In this document: piece after piece, positions 18,864-28,427 of the stretch
Layout of the letters: each line of letters begins with the position of its first letter
Numbering within the stretch: the first letter of the stretch is position 1
IMG/VR virus record: IMGVR_UViG_3300046792_000073
Span: 1 to 58,733 of that record
Strand: one strand, 5' to 3'
Length of the DNA stretch: 58,733 nt
Origin: a virus
Taxonomy: Duplodnaviria > Caudoviricetes
Position numbers and translations under genes: made by a program
The notes under the pieces: generated by a model
Database searches by the model: none
What the model saw: the letters and a program-made list of their open reading frames with translations, nothing else
What the model was told of the DNA's origin: nothing

Positions 18864-19748
18864 ATGGCCGTGACGGCGATCACCCTCACCGACCCCGCCT
18901 CAGGGATCAGCGTGCCGATCATGCCCGCCGTGGGTGTGGCCGCGCAGATCCTCGACGTCGCCGCCCCCGCCAGGGCGGTCGCGGTGGACCGGGTCGGGGC
19001 GCACGGGTCGTTCGACACGACAGCCTTTTACGGGCCGGCGGCGGTATCGCTCACCATGCTGCTGTACCCCGACGGGGGCATCACCCCGGAGGCGTTCCTC
19101 GACCAGCTAGGGCAACTGCTCAACCCCGCGTTGCGGCCGGTGCTGGTCGTCACCAATGACGCGTGGGCGCTGCCGAGGCAGATCACGGTCAGGTTCGACT
19201 CGGTCAGTGTCCCGGTGTCGGACCCGACCAACCAGCCGGTGCAGGTCACCTGGACCGGGCCGCGGTCGGTGTGGGAGGACGCGGTCGAGGTCACCGCGAC
19301 GATTGGCGCGTTCATCGCCTCGGCCACCGGCCTGACGTGGGATGTGACCTCGGGTATCACCTGGACATCGGCGGGCGTGTCGTGGCCCGCATCGACGTCG
19401 CCGTCGCCGCAACTGGTCACCAACACCGGCACCCTGGCGTGCGACTGGGTCGGGTTCCTGTACGGGCCGGCGACCGGGCCAAAGATCGCCAACGACACCG
19501 CCGGCGGGGCGCTTGAGTTCGACGATTCCCTGATCCTGGCCCCCGGCGAGTATGTGCTGCTCGACTCGTCAACCCGGACCGCTTACCGCAACGGGGACCT
19601 GACCCAGCCGGTCACCGGCAACCTGACGTTCCCGGCGGTGTGGTGGCTGATGCAGCCGGGGGTCAACAACGTCCGCTACTACCCGTCCGCCGCTGGCGGC
19701 GGGGCGGCCGCGCAACTGGCGTTCCGCCCGGCCCGGCCGGTGTTCTAA
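18864..19748 (+). CDS. Distal tail (Dit)-like protein
   Basis: Follows the tape measure; VTNTG, YGP...P, WWLMQPGVN. Confidence 0.8.
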   Translation: MAVTAITLTDPASGISVPIMPAVGVAAQILDVAAPARAVAVDRVGAHGSFDTTAFYGPAAVSLTMLLYPDGGITPEAFLDQLGQLLNPALRPVLVVTNDAWALPRQITVRFDSVSVPVSDPTNQPVQVTWTGPRSVWEDAVEVTATIGAFIASATGLTWDVTSGITWTSAGVSWPASTSPSPQLVTNTGTLACDWVGFLYGPATGPKIANDTAGGALEFDDSLILAPGEYVLLDSSTRTAYRNGDLTQPVTGNLTFPAVWWLMQPGVNNVRYYPSAAGGGAAAQLAFRPARPVF

Positions 19749-19758
19749 GGAGATCCGC

Positions 19759-20031
19759 GTGACCGATGACACCCTCGCCCGGCTGGCCGCCCGGGTCGCC
19801 GAGCTTGAGCGCGCCGAGCAGGCCCGGCAGGACCTCGGCGCCGGCCGCACCCCGGCCCGGCCGGCGGCCGACATCCACGACCCCCGGCCCGGGACGTGGG
19901 CCGGCGACGAGCAGACCGCCGAATGCCGGTACTGCGGCCAGCCGATCAACCGCACCCCCGACGGGCGCTGGTGGTATCTGCGCGACCAGCACTGCCCGGC
20001 CCGCGCCGCCGGCGCCCCAGCAAAGGACTAG
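19759..20031 (+). CDS. Small hypothetical protein (CxxC)
   Basis: RBS aaggag; CRYCGQPI...W. Confidence 0.6.
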   Translation: MTDDTLARLAARVAELERAEQARQDLGAGRTPARPAADIHDPRPGTWAGDEQTAECRYCGQPINRTPDGRWWYLRDQHCPARAAGAPAKD

Positions 20032-20034
20032 CCG

Positions 20035-21042
20035 ATGACCGCCCACCAGCCGCTCGCCGTCCAGCCGGCCACCGGCGACCCGTCCCTGGTCACCACCGCC
20101 CAGGAGTTCCGCCAGTTCATCTGGACCATGCTCGGCGCGGCCAACTCCTACCCCGGCGCCGAGGGCGTCATGGATGTCGGCATCCCGTCGGCCGGGGCGA
20201 TGACCGGCGATTTCTCGGTCACCCAGCGCGGCGCGGGTGCTAACGGGTCGGTGGACGTGTCCGCCGGCCACGCCCTCACCAACGGCGACGACATTTCCAG
20301 CCAGGGAACCTACGCCCTGTGGAACGACGGGGTGATCAACGTCGCGGTGCCGCTGTCGCCGCCGGCGCAAAGGATTCACCGCCTGGTGCTGCAAGTGCAG
20401 GACAAGCTGTCGCTGGGGACCTGGTCGGGGTACACGTTCGCCCCGGTGCTGCTACAGGACGTCGGGTCGGGCACGCCGGCGCAGCCGAACAGCGCCATCA
20501 CCCTGGCGCTGATCACGGTCAACCCGGCCGACCCGTCGGTGCAGAACGCGGCGATCGCCGACTACCGGCGCGCGGTCGGCCCGGTCGCCGCCTCGACGGC
20601 CACGGCCGAGACCAAGTCGAACACGACCCTGGCCGACTCGGCCAGCCTGCAACTGTGGGGGCTGCGCGACAGTGCCTGGTATGGGTTCGCCGGGTTCCTC
20701 AACTACGACGGCGCCAACCAGAACAGTTCCGGTGACCCGGGCGGCATTCACGTCACCTGGCGCACCCCCGGCCCGTCGAACGTGAAACTGTTTCACACGG
20801 CGATCCGCAACGATTCCAACAACAACGCGTCGGTCGGCGGGGCGGTCAAGGAAACAGACACTTGGAACGGGTGGACCGACGGGGCCGGGGTCAGCATGTC
20901 GGCGCTGCTGGTCGGGGCGATCCAGACGACCAGCACCAAGCCGAACAACTTTGCCGTGCTGCAGTTCTGCCAGAACAACTCCTCAGGCACCAACACCCGG
21001 ATCCTGGCCGGGTCGATGGTGTACGCCTGGCCGATCTCCTGA
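20035..21042 (+). CDS. Minor tail protein
   Basis: GANGSVDVSAG, RIHRLVLQVQD, ITLALITV...IADYR motifs of actinophage minor tail proteins. Confidence 0.8.
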   Translation: MTAHQPLAVQPATGDPSLVTTAQEFRQFIWTMLGAANSYPGAEGVMDVGIPSAGAMTGDFSVTQRGAGANGSVDVSAGHALTNGDDISSQGTYALWNDGVINVAVPLSPPAQRIHRLVLQVQDKLSLGTWSGYTFAPVLLQDVGSGTPAQPNSAITLALITVNPADPSVQNAAIADYRRAVGPVAASTATAETKSNTTLADSASLQLWGLRDSAWYGFAGFLNYDGANQNSSGDPGGIHVTWRTPGPSNVKLFHTAIRNDSNNNASVGGAVKETDTWNGWTDGAGVSMSALLVGAIQTTSTKPNNFAVLQFCQNNSSGTNTRILAGSMVYAWPIS

Positions 21043-21048
21043 CCTCTG

Positions 21049-23625
21049 ATGGCTGCTGACATCCCGGTCTGCTACGCCGGGTCGCACGCGCAGGCGACCG
21101 GCGGGACGACCAACGTCGTCACCGTAGGGTCCGATTTCGCCGGGTCGCCGGCGGCGTTCCCGGTGATCGCCGGGGAGACCGTGATCGTGTGCGGCGGCGC
21201 GGGCACCCACCTGCCGACGGGGATCAACGATTCGCAGGCCAACGGCGGGTACGCGCAGGCCGCCGGCACCGCCACCAGCCCGGCGTCGTGGATCTTCGCC
21301 TCCCCGGCGGTAGCTCACCCGTTGCACGCCGCCGGAACCGGGTTCACCGCCGACACAGTCACGGTGACCTACTCGGGGACCGGCGACGGCAAGCAGGCCG
21401 TCGTCTTGTCCGTTCCCGGGCTCACCGCCACCCCGGCGGACTCGGGGTCGGCGGCGACCGCGTCGGGCAACTCGACCGCCCCGTCGGTCACGTCCGGGGC
21501 GCTCGCGCAGGCCCGCGAGTTCGTCGTCGCCGTGTGCGTGTCGGCGCAGGCCGCCGGCGAGGCGGTGTGGCCGGCGCCGTGGCAGGTGATCGCCAAGGGC
21601 GTCCAGACCGGCGCCGGGGCGTTCTGCTCGGTCGCGGTGCTGCGGAACTACACCGGCACGGCGGCGATCACCGCGAGCCCCACCCTGCCGGGGATCCCGG
21701 GCGCGTGGACCATGAGCATCTGCGGGTTCAAAGGTGCCGCAAGCTCGCTCAAGTCCTACGTCGGCGCGACCGTGTCAACGTCGTCGTTCGCCGACTCGCC
21801 GGGGTCGTGGGGGGCGGCCCTGGAATGGGACGCCGACATGGGCCGGGCCCCGTCGGCGCAGCGGACCCGCGTGTTCTACATCTCCACCGAGGGCCAGTGG
21901 GGGACAACCGCGGCCGATGACCCTCAAGGGATCGCCACGATGGTCGCCGCGCACCCGTCGATGAAGCCGATCTTGTCGATCAAGCCCAAGCGGATGGCGG
22001 TGATCACCCCGTCGGTCGCCACGTCCGAGATCGCCGCCATGTGCGTGTACGCGACGATGCTGCGCAACAACGGGGTCACCGAGTTGCGCTGGTGCCTGTG
22101 GAATGAGATGAACAACGGCGGCGGCACGTCGAGCTTCGGCGACGGCACCGCCAAGGGCACCCAGGCGGGGGACCCGTGGGCGGTGGGCGGCCCGGTGCCG
22201 CCGCCTGCTGGCGGGTGGACCGGGCAGCAGGCCGGCGCCCATTACCGGGCGTACTGCAACCTGTTCGGGCCGGCGCTGCTGCTGACCGGTTACCTGGTCG
22301 CGTACAAGCCGATGATCGCGTCCTACAACGCGGTGCAGTACAACTTTCCCGGCCGGGCGTGGGGCACCGGGGCGCAGGCCAACAACGCCGGCGGCTGCAA
22401 CGAGATCATCCTCGATCTGTACGCGTGGGACCCGCATCAGGACCTGGCGAACAAATGGATCACGGTCACCGACCAGTTGGCCCGGGGGGTGCTGACCAGC
22501 TTCGGCGGCGTCGATTACTCATTCACCCCAGAGGCCGCGCTCGGGTTCGGGGAGATCGGCGTCACCGACGGGCCGAACACCCCCGACGACACCGACCCCG
22601 GGTGGACCGCCGCCCTGTTCAACAACGTGTCGGCGCCGAGCTTCGGCGGGCACGCCCTGCCCGTGCCCGGGGTCACCCAGTTCTTCCTCAACCGGATCGC
22701 CGGCGGGCACCCGTCGGCGCCGATCGTGTGGTTCAGCGAAAAGCCGGCGCCGGCGGGGAACGCGATCGACTCGACCGGGGCGATCAACTCGCGGCAGGAC
22801 ATCGGCGACGCGTGGCGTGCCCTGTACGACACCCTGTCTGTCGATGCGGCCACCACCGGGGTTGCCCCTACGGTCACCACGGCGAGCCTGCCAGCGTGGC
22901 AGGTGGGCGTCCCTGTGTCGTTTCAGATGCAGGCGTCGGGGGGGACCGCGCCGCTGGTGTGGTCCCTGTCCTCCGGTGCGCTGCCGGCCGGCCTGATCTT
23001 GCACGCGTCCGGGCTGATCGACGGCACACCCACGGTCGCCGGCACGACGACCCCGCATTTCCTCGTCACCGACGCGGCGAGCCTGACCGGGGCGGCGACG
23101 CTGACCGCCACCGTCGCCGGGTCGCAGTTGACCGTGCCGGCGCAGCCGCTGCCCGGCGGTGTCGTCGGATCCCCATATGCGGCCCAGTTGGGCGCCACCG
23201 GCGGCACCCCGCCGGACACCTGGGCGGTCCTGTCCGGGGCGCTCCCGGCCGGCCTTTCCCTGTCTTCGGCGGGGCTGATCTCCGGGGTGCCGACGACCCC
23301 GGGGACCGCGTCGTTCACACCGCAGGTGACCGACCACCTGGGCGCGACCGCGTCGGCGCCGTTGCAGATCGTCGTGACCGCTGCGGCGTTCGCGATCACC
23401 ACGGCCGCGCTGCCGCCGGGCATCCTCGGCGGCTCTTACGCCGCCGACCTCGGCACCGCCGGCGGGACGCTGCCGGTGACGAACTGGCAGATCATCTCCG
23501 GGCAACTGCCGCCGGGGCTGGCCCTGGCGATCCCGCCGGCCGGTGACCCGAACATCGGCGACGAGGCCGGGACCGGGATCACCGACGAGGCAGGCACCCA
23601 GATCACCGACGAAAGCGGGCCCTGA
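21049..23625 (+). CDS. Tail receptor-binding protein: GH26-like catalytic domain plus He_PIG Ig repeats (third repeat truncated)
   Basis: WNEMNNG, LDLY, FGEIG clan GH-A-like motifs; SGALPAGL...GLIxGxPT twice; third repeat stops after SGQLPPGLAL. Confidence 0.75.
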   Translation: MAADIPVCYAGSHAQATGGTTNVVTVGSDFAGSPAAFPVIAGETVIVCGGAGTHLPTGINDSQANGGYAQAAGTATSPASWIFASPAVAHPLHAAGTGFTADTVTVTYSGTGDGKQAVVLSVPGLTATPADSGSAATASGNSTAPSVTSGALAQAREFVVAVCVSAQAAGEAVWPAPWQVIAKGVQTGAGAFCSVAVLRNYTGTAAITASPTLPGIPGAWTMSICGFKGAASSLKSYVGATVSTSSFADSPGSWGAALEWDADMGRAPSAQRTRVFYISTEGQWGTTAADDPQGIATMVAAHPSMKPILSIKPKRMAVITPSVATSEIAAMCVYATMLRNNGVTELRWCLWNEMNNGGGTSSFGDGTAKGTQAGDPWAVGGPVPPPAGGWTGQQAGAHYRAYCNLFGPALLLTGYLVAYKPMIASYNAVQYNFPGRAWGTGAQANNAGGCNEIILDLYAWDPHQDLANKWITVTDQLARGVLTSFGGVDYSFTPEAALGFGEIGVTDGPNTPDDTDPGWTAALFNNVSAPSFGGHALPVPGVTQFFLNRIAGGHPSAPIVWFSEKPAPAGNAIDSTGAINSRQDIGDAWRALYDTLSVDAATTGVAPTVTTASLPAWQVGVPVSFQMQASGGTAPLVWSLSSGALPAGLILHASGLIDGTPTVAGTTTPHFLVTDAASLTGAATLTATVAGSQLTVPAQPLPGGVVGSPYAAQLGATGGTPPDTWAVLSGALPAGLSLSSAGLISGVPTTPGTASFTPQVTDHLGATASAPLQIVVTAAAFAITTAALPPGILGGSYAADLGTAGGTLPVTNWQIISGQLPPGLALAIPPAGDPNIGDEAGTGITDEAGTQITDESGP

Positions 23626-23626
23626 C

Positions 23627-24394
23627 ATGACCACCAAATACTCTGCCTATGCCGCCAAGGCCACGCCCACCACAGCGGATAAGGTGCTGATCCTCGACGT
23701 CGCCGACGGGTCGTTCCCGGCCGGGATGGAAAAGCTAGCCACCCTCGCCTCTATCGTCGCGCTCGCGCCGCAACTGGACTCCACCGCCGCCGACATCCAG
23801 CAAGGCGGGGTCCAGGCAGCCGGAAGCTCGGCCCTGGCGGCCCGCGCCGACCACGTCCACCCGCACCCGGCGGCGCAGCCGTCCGACGTGGGGGTGCTGG
23901 CGTGGACCGGCGACCCGGCGGTACTGAATGGCACGACGGCCGTGATGACCGCCGGGAAGCTGTACCTGTCGGCGTTCTGGATCCGCAAGACCGTGACGAT
24001 CGCCAACATGGCCTACTCGATCACCAACACGCCGGCGACACTGACCGCCGGGCAGAACTTCGCCGCGATCTTCAATAGCTCGGGAACGCAGATGGGCGTG
24101 AGCGCCGACCAGTCGTCGATCTGGACCGGCGGCGCCGGCACCTACGACACGGCCCTGGTCTCGTCGTTCAGCGCCACACCGGGGATGTACTGGGCGGCGT
24201 TCCTGGCGAACGGGACCACGACCCCGAACATCCGGGGCACCAACGGCGGTATCAGCCTGATCCAGTTGGGGCAGGCCGCTGCGGTGTCCCGCGCCGGCCT
24301 GTCGGGCACCGGCCTGACCGCGATGCCGGCGTCGTTCACCCCGTCGGCGATCGCGCAAACCTCGGCGATCTTGCACTGTGTGGTGCTGCACTGA
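23627..24394 (+). CDS. Tail fibre-like protein
   Basis: ATG 23627; AGSS..AARADHVHP fibre motif; LAWTGDP...G.YW C-terminal domain. Confidence 0.75.
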   Translation: MTTKYSAYAAKATPTTADKVLILDVADGSFPAGMEKLATLASIVALAPQLDSTAADIQQGGVQAAGSSALAARADHVHPHPAAQPSDVGVLAWTGDPAVLNGTTAVMTAGKLYLSAFWIRKTVTIANMAYSITNTPATLTAGQNFAAIFNSSGTQMGVSADQSSIWTGGAGTYDTALVSSFSATPGMYWAAFLANGTTTPNIRGTNGGISLIQLGQAAAVSRAGLSGTGLTAMPASFTPSAIAQTSAILHCVVLH

Positions 24395-25644
24395 TGCAGA
24401 TCACCGGCGTCCCGACGGCGGCCGGGGTCTACACGTTCACTGTGCAGGCCACCGACTCGGCGTCGCACACGGCGACCGCGACGCTGACCATCACGGTCAC
24501 GACCGTGCCGGCGCCGCCGCCGCCGGCCCGGTGGCAGTTCATCCTCGCGGCCCCGCAACCGGACGGGTCGGACCTGACCGAGCTTGTGTCGTTCGCGACG
24601 CCGCCGCAGTTGACGATGCGCGTGTCCCCAGACCAGACCTCCGATTTCACCTGCGACCTGATCGGGACAGCCCCCGACGCCGCGCAGGTCGCCGAACTGA
24701 CCACCGATGTGCAGGTGATCTACGGGGGGAAGCTTCTGTATATCGGCCGGGTCGGCGCCTGCCAGGACACTGTTGACTCGGGCGGCCACGTCCTGTCGGC
24801 GGCGGCCACCGACTACCGGGGGGTGCTGGGCCGGCGGGCCATCGCCTCGGACGTGCCCGGCGGGACGCTGTCCCCGTCGGGGGTTGACCAGGCGCTGATC
24901 GTGTGGAACCTGATCGCCTACACCCAGGGCCGGGCCGGGGGGCAACTGGGCATCGCCAAAGGCGTCGGCCAGTCCACCGGCAAGACCCGGACCATGACCT
25001 TTACCCTGGGCGATTACATCGCCGACGACATCACCACCGTCGCCCAGTTGGACGGCGGATTCGACTGGCAGGTCACCCCGTATGGGCGGGCCGACCTGCG
25101 CCTCGACATCTTCACCCCGGTCCAGGGCACCGACAACGGGGTCGTGTTCACCCCCGGCGATGGGCGGGTCGTGTCGATCGTGCGGACCACCGACCCCTCG
25201 ACGTTCGGCAACGCGATCTTTGAAACGGGGCAGGCGCCGCCGTCGGGGTCCAAGCCGTCGGTCGCGAGCGTCGAGCAGATCAACCCGGGCGAGCAGCGGT
25301 TCGACAAGGTCATCGGGTCGAACATCACCCTGACCGCGGCGCTCGCCGACGACGCGACCGCCCAATTGGCCCGCGCGCAGGTCCTCGTGCCCGCGTATGT
25401 GATCACCCTCAAGCCGGGTTCGTGGGGCGGCCCGTCGGATGTGTGGATGGGCGACCTCGTCACGGTCGTGATCAACTCCGGGCGCCTGACGGTGAACGAC
25501 CAGCTACGGGTGATGGAACTGGCGTTCACCATCGACGCCAACGGGCAGGAAACCCTCGCCCTGACTGTGGGGATCAAGCTGCTCGACTACAACAAGCAGT
25601 TGCCCAAGATCCTGCGCCGGCTCCGCTACCTTGAGACCCGGTGA
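24394..25644 (+). CDS. Baseplate hub / Tal-like (ReqiPepy6 gp37-like) protein with N-terminal half He_PIG domain
   Basis: Starts ITGVPTAAGVYTFTVQATDS; DYRGVLGRR, GFDW, GDLVTVVI hub-like motifs. Confidence 0.75.
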   Translation: MQITGVPTAAGVYTFTVQATDSASHTATATLTITVTTVPAPPPPARWQFILAAPQPDGSDLTELVSFATPPQLTMRVSPDQTSDFTCDLIGTAPDAAQVAELTTDVQVIYGGKLLYIGRVGACQDTVDSGGHVLSAAATDYRGVLGRRAIASDVPGGTLSPSGVDQALIVWNLIAYTQGRAGGQLGIAKGVGQSTGKTRTMTFTLGDYIADDITTVAQLDGGFDWQVTPYGRADLRLDIFTPVQGTDNGVVFTPGDGRVVSIVRTTDPSTFGNAIFETGQAPPSGSKPSVASVEQINPGEQRFDKVIGSNITLTAALADDATAQLARAQVLVPAYVITLKPGSWGGPSDVWMGDLVTVVINSGRLTVNDQLRVMELAFTIDANGQETLALTVGIKLLDYNKQLPKILRRLRYLETR

Positions 25645-25769
25645 CCCTCCCCATCACCGGGCACAGCTACCCAAAATGGGGCAAGTCTCTACCGAACATT
25701 TAGAGAGTCAGGATAGTAACCGTCCGGCTACGGGCAATAATGCTCCGGGACGATAGGGAGTTCTCAACG

Positions 25770-26042
25770 ATGGCAATCGCGCCGATCCCGCTCGGCGACG
25801 CCGAGGCCCTGCTGATCGCCCAGGCCGGCTGGGTGCAGGTGACCCCCGGGACGTTGCAGTTCATCCAGACCGGCACCATGCTCGACGAGACCGGCACGCC
25901 GGTTCCTTTGCCCGAACCGTGGGTGCAGTTCGCCGACACCGGCGACCCGACGGCGATCCCGCCGGTGCCGCCGCAACCGCAGGGGTATGCGTGGCGGGCG
26001 GTCCTCGGGGTCAAGCTCGCCGCCCCCGCCCAGCCGGATTAA
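25770..26042 (+). CDS. Hypothetical protein
   Basis: RBS agggag; phage-like codon usage. Confidence 0.65.
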   Translation: MAIAPIPLGDAEALLIAQAGWVQVTPGTLQFIQTGTMLDETGTPVPLPEPWVQFADTGDPTAIPPVPPQPQGYAWRAVLGVKLAAPAQPD

Positions 26043-26051
26043 GCTCGCCCC

Positions 26052-26315
26052 GTGGTGCATGTCATCGGCCGGGACCGGCAGGATGTCGCCGTCGAGGAAT
26101 GGCTCGACGGCGAGCCTGACCAGGTGGGCCGGGCTCGTAAGCGGGTCACCGTGACCGTGGATATGACCGGCGTTCCGGCGGCCGGGCCGGTGCATATCGA
26201 CCTGTCCCACCTGCCGCCATCCGCCGCCGGGACCGAGATCGTCCTCGCCTATTCGCAGCGGGGATCCGTGCTCCCGTGCGTGGCAGCCGAACACAGGCCC
26301 GGAAAACAGCCCTGA
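26052..26315 (+). CDS. Hypothetical protein
   Basis: ORF follows in the operon; no recognisable motif. Confidence 0.45.
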   Translation: MVHVIGRDRQDVAVEEWLDGEPDQVGRARKRVTVTVDMTGVPAAGPVHIDLSHLPPSAAGTEIVLAYSQRGSVLPCVAAEHRPGKQP

Positions 26316-26331
26316 GCGGCCCCCCGAACAA

Positions 26332-26458
26332 CCACCCGGTAATAGGCGCCTGACCTGGGGAAACCCCGAACAGGTCGCGGATGGGTCATTAGCCAGGCCC
26401 GGGGGGTAAGGCGCTTAGCGGCCGTCCTGGCGCGATTCAAGCTATGTTTACCGGGTGG
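26332..26458. ncRNA. Candidate multibranch structured RNA upstream of the endolysin
   Basis: CCACCCGGTAA (26332-26342) pairs with TTACCGGGTGG (26448-26458), enclosing GACCTG/CAGGTC and GCCAGG/CCTGGC stems. Confidence 0.4.
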
Positions 26459-26551
26459 CGATGGTGTGGTCACCGGGCGTGGCAGCCGAACAGATGCCCG
26501 AACGGGCCGAGATCCCCAGCCGGCGCCCCCGGGCGCGGTAGCGTGGCGCGC

Positions 26552-27508
26552 ATGACCATGCCAGCCGTGATGCTCGACCCAGTCCCCACCGCGCTGCTAT
26601 CCCGCTCGACGACCTCGGCGCTGCCCGCCGGCTCGCAAGCCCACGCCCTCGGGTACGGCCTGCATCATGCCCCGTTCGCGGCCGGCCGGGGCGGTGTCCC
26701 CGGCGTGGACTACGCCTGGTCCAAGCCGTCAATCGGCGCCCTTGAGGACGCGGGCGAGGTGTTCGTCGCCCAGTATTTCTCCCCCGACGAGACCAAGGAC
26801 CTGACGCCGGCGCGGGCCGATGCGCTGCAAGCCGCCCGGATCAAGATCGTCGTGATCTACGAGTACGGGGCGCAGGACGTCCTGCGCGGCCGGGCCGGCG
26901 GCCAGCGGGACGCCGAGAACGCCGAGGCGCAGGCCCGCGCCTGCGGCATCGACGGGTGCGTGTTCTACTGGGCGGTTGACTATGACGCACCGCCGGGCGA
27001 CCAGCCGCTGATCGAGGGTTACTCGGACGGGTGGGCCGACGTCGTCGGCGACGACCGGGGCCGCAACGCTTACGGCGGGTACTGGCCGCTGTCCCGGCTC
27101 AAGGCCGCCGGGAAGGCCCGCCGGCTGTGGGGCACGCCGGCGTGGTCGGGGGACAACTGGGCGACCTCGGGGCTGACCCCCGACATCATGCAAGGCGCGA
27201 TGATCACGATCGGCGGGGTGCAGTGCGACCTCGACGCCGCCCTGTCCGCAGACTTCGGCCAGTGGCCCAGGCCGGCGAACCCGGCGCTGACGTGGCAATG
27301 GTGGACCACCAACGGCGACCAGTCGTTCGCCGCGGTCGCCCGGCACACCGGCATGACCGTCGCCCACATCCTGCGGGCGACATGTGTCAAAAACGGCGGT
27401 CACTGGGATCAGGGGACGTTCGACGGGCTCAACTACGACCTGGGCGACCCGGTCGAGGACCCGCACCGGCCGCTCGCCGCCGGCACCCGCCTGTGGGTGC
27501 TCGCGTGA
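26552..27508 (+). CDS. Endolysin: DUF1906 (Rv2525c/GH25-like) hydrolase plus LysM-like C-terminus
   Basis: GVDY, FVAQY, KDLT, IYE, YWAVDYD, AYGG, DLD motifs; DQSFAAVARHTGMTVAHIL...LAAGTRLWV; start could be 26552, 26558 or later. Confidence 0.85.
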   Translation: MTMPAVMLDPVPTALLSRSTTSALPAGSQAHALGYGLHHAPFAAGRGGVPGVDYAWSKPSIGALEDAGEVFVAQYFSPDETKDLTPARADALQAARIKIVVIYEYGAQDVLRGRAGGQRDAENAEAQARACGIDGCVFYWAVDYDAPPGDQPLIEGYSDGWADVVGDDRGRNAYGGYWPLSRLKAAGKARRLWGTPAWSGDNWATSGLTPDIMQGAMITIGGVQCDLDAALSADFGQWPRPANPALTWQWWTTNGDQSFAAVARHTGMTVAHILRATCVKNGGHWDQGTFDGLNYDLGDPVEDPHRPLAAGTRLWVLA

Positions 27509-28068
27509 CCGGGCTGCTGACCGTCCCCGGCGCCGACCACGCCCTGCCCGCGCAGGCGCTCGCCCTGCCGCAGCCGGGCTGCTACGGGGTATCTCACGGT
27601 GCGGGGATGATCGGGGAACTGATCCGGTCGGCGACCCAGTCCTGGGCCGGGCACGCGTTTGTCTACATCGGCAACGGGATGATCATCGAGGCGGCGCCGC
27701 CTGCGACCCGGACCGCCCCCGCCTCGTCGCACCCCGACGCGGTGTGGAACACCGCCGAGCCGCTCACCCCCGGGCAGCGGGCCAAGATCGTCGCCCGCGC
27801 CCACGCCCTGCTCGGCACCCCGTATGACTACCCGGCGTATGTCGGGTTCGCCCTTGAGGCGCTGCACCTGCGCACCGGCACCCAGCTTGACCCGGCGTTC
27901 AAGCAGGACCATTGGCGGGTGTGCTCGGCGGACGTCGCCGACTGTTACGCGTTCGCCGGCATCGACGTCACCAACCTGGCCGTCATCGGCGGGCAGGCGG
28001 TGCCGAACCTGGTGTCGCCGGCGAACCTGTACGACCGGATCGCCCAAGAGCACTGGGGGCACTCGTGA
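27505..28068 (+). CDS. Permuted NlpC/P60 (YiiX/YebB-like) papain-fold hydrolase
   Basis: GHAFVYIGNG.IIEA (His first), LLGTPYDY, VCS..V..Y (Cys later), VSPANL. Confidence 0.85.
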   Translation: MTGLLTVPGADHALPAQALALPQPGCYGVSHGAGMIGELIRSATQSWAGHAFVYIGNGMIIEAAPPATRTAPASSHPDAVWNTAEPLTPGQRAKIVARAHALLGTPYDYPAYVGFALEALHLRTGTQLDPAFKQDHWRVCSADVADCYAFAGIDVTNLAVIGGQAVPNLVSPANLYDRIAQEHWGHS

Positions 28069-28427
28069 CCGTGCCCGAGCGGCTGATGATGGCCGTGACC
28101 CTGATCGCCGCCGGGTGGCTGCTGGCCGCGGTGGCCGCCCAGTGGATCCGGGGGCTCGGCGACCCGTGGAAAGAACGCGGCCCGTGGCCGGCGGTGCTGT
28201 ACCGTCAAGGTGATCATGCCGGGCACAAGTGCCAGTCCTGCCGGCCGGGCGGCTTCGCCCCCGGCCGTCAAGGGGACTTTGACACCGAGCCGGGGATGCA
28301 GGCGCTGACCGGGTGGCGGCTGCAAGCCCAGTACGACCGGCGTATCGACGAGCAGCGACGGAGGCGGGCACGATGGGCAGCATTGAGAACGATGTCAGTT
28401 GGGTCGCGGCGCACCGTAAGGGGATAG
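28065..28427 (+). CDS. Membrane protein
   Basis: GTGA overlap; N-terminal transmembrane helix. Confidence 0.55.
   Translation: MTVPERLMMAVTLIAAGWLLAAVAAQWIRGLGDPWKERGPWPAVLYRQGDHAGHKCQSCRPGGFAPGRQGDFDTEPGMQALTGWRLQAQYDRRIDEQRRRRARWAALRTMSVGSRRTVRG

Noticed and set aside
23530-24394. Self-splicing intron or intein explaining the split Ig domain
   Set aside because: The insert encodes a fibre-like protein, with no homing endonuclease, reverse transcriptase or intein motifs and no evident intron core
21049-25644. Diversity-generating retroelement acting on tail genes
   Set aside because: No reverse transcriptase and no template/variable repeat pair found
26332-26458. Known ribozyme or tRNA
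   Set aside because: No hammerhead CUGANGA/GAAA core and no tRNA T-loop or CCA pattern recognisable
25692-26492. CGAAC motifs as LexA/SOS boxes
   Set aside because: Only half-sites in direct orientation; no CGAAC-N4-GTTCG palindrome seen
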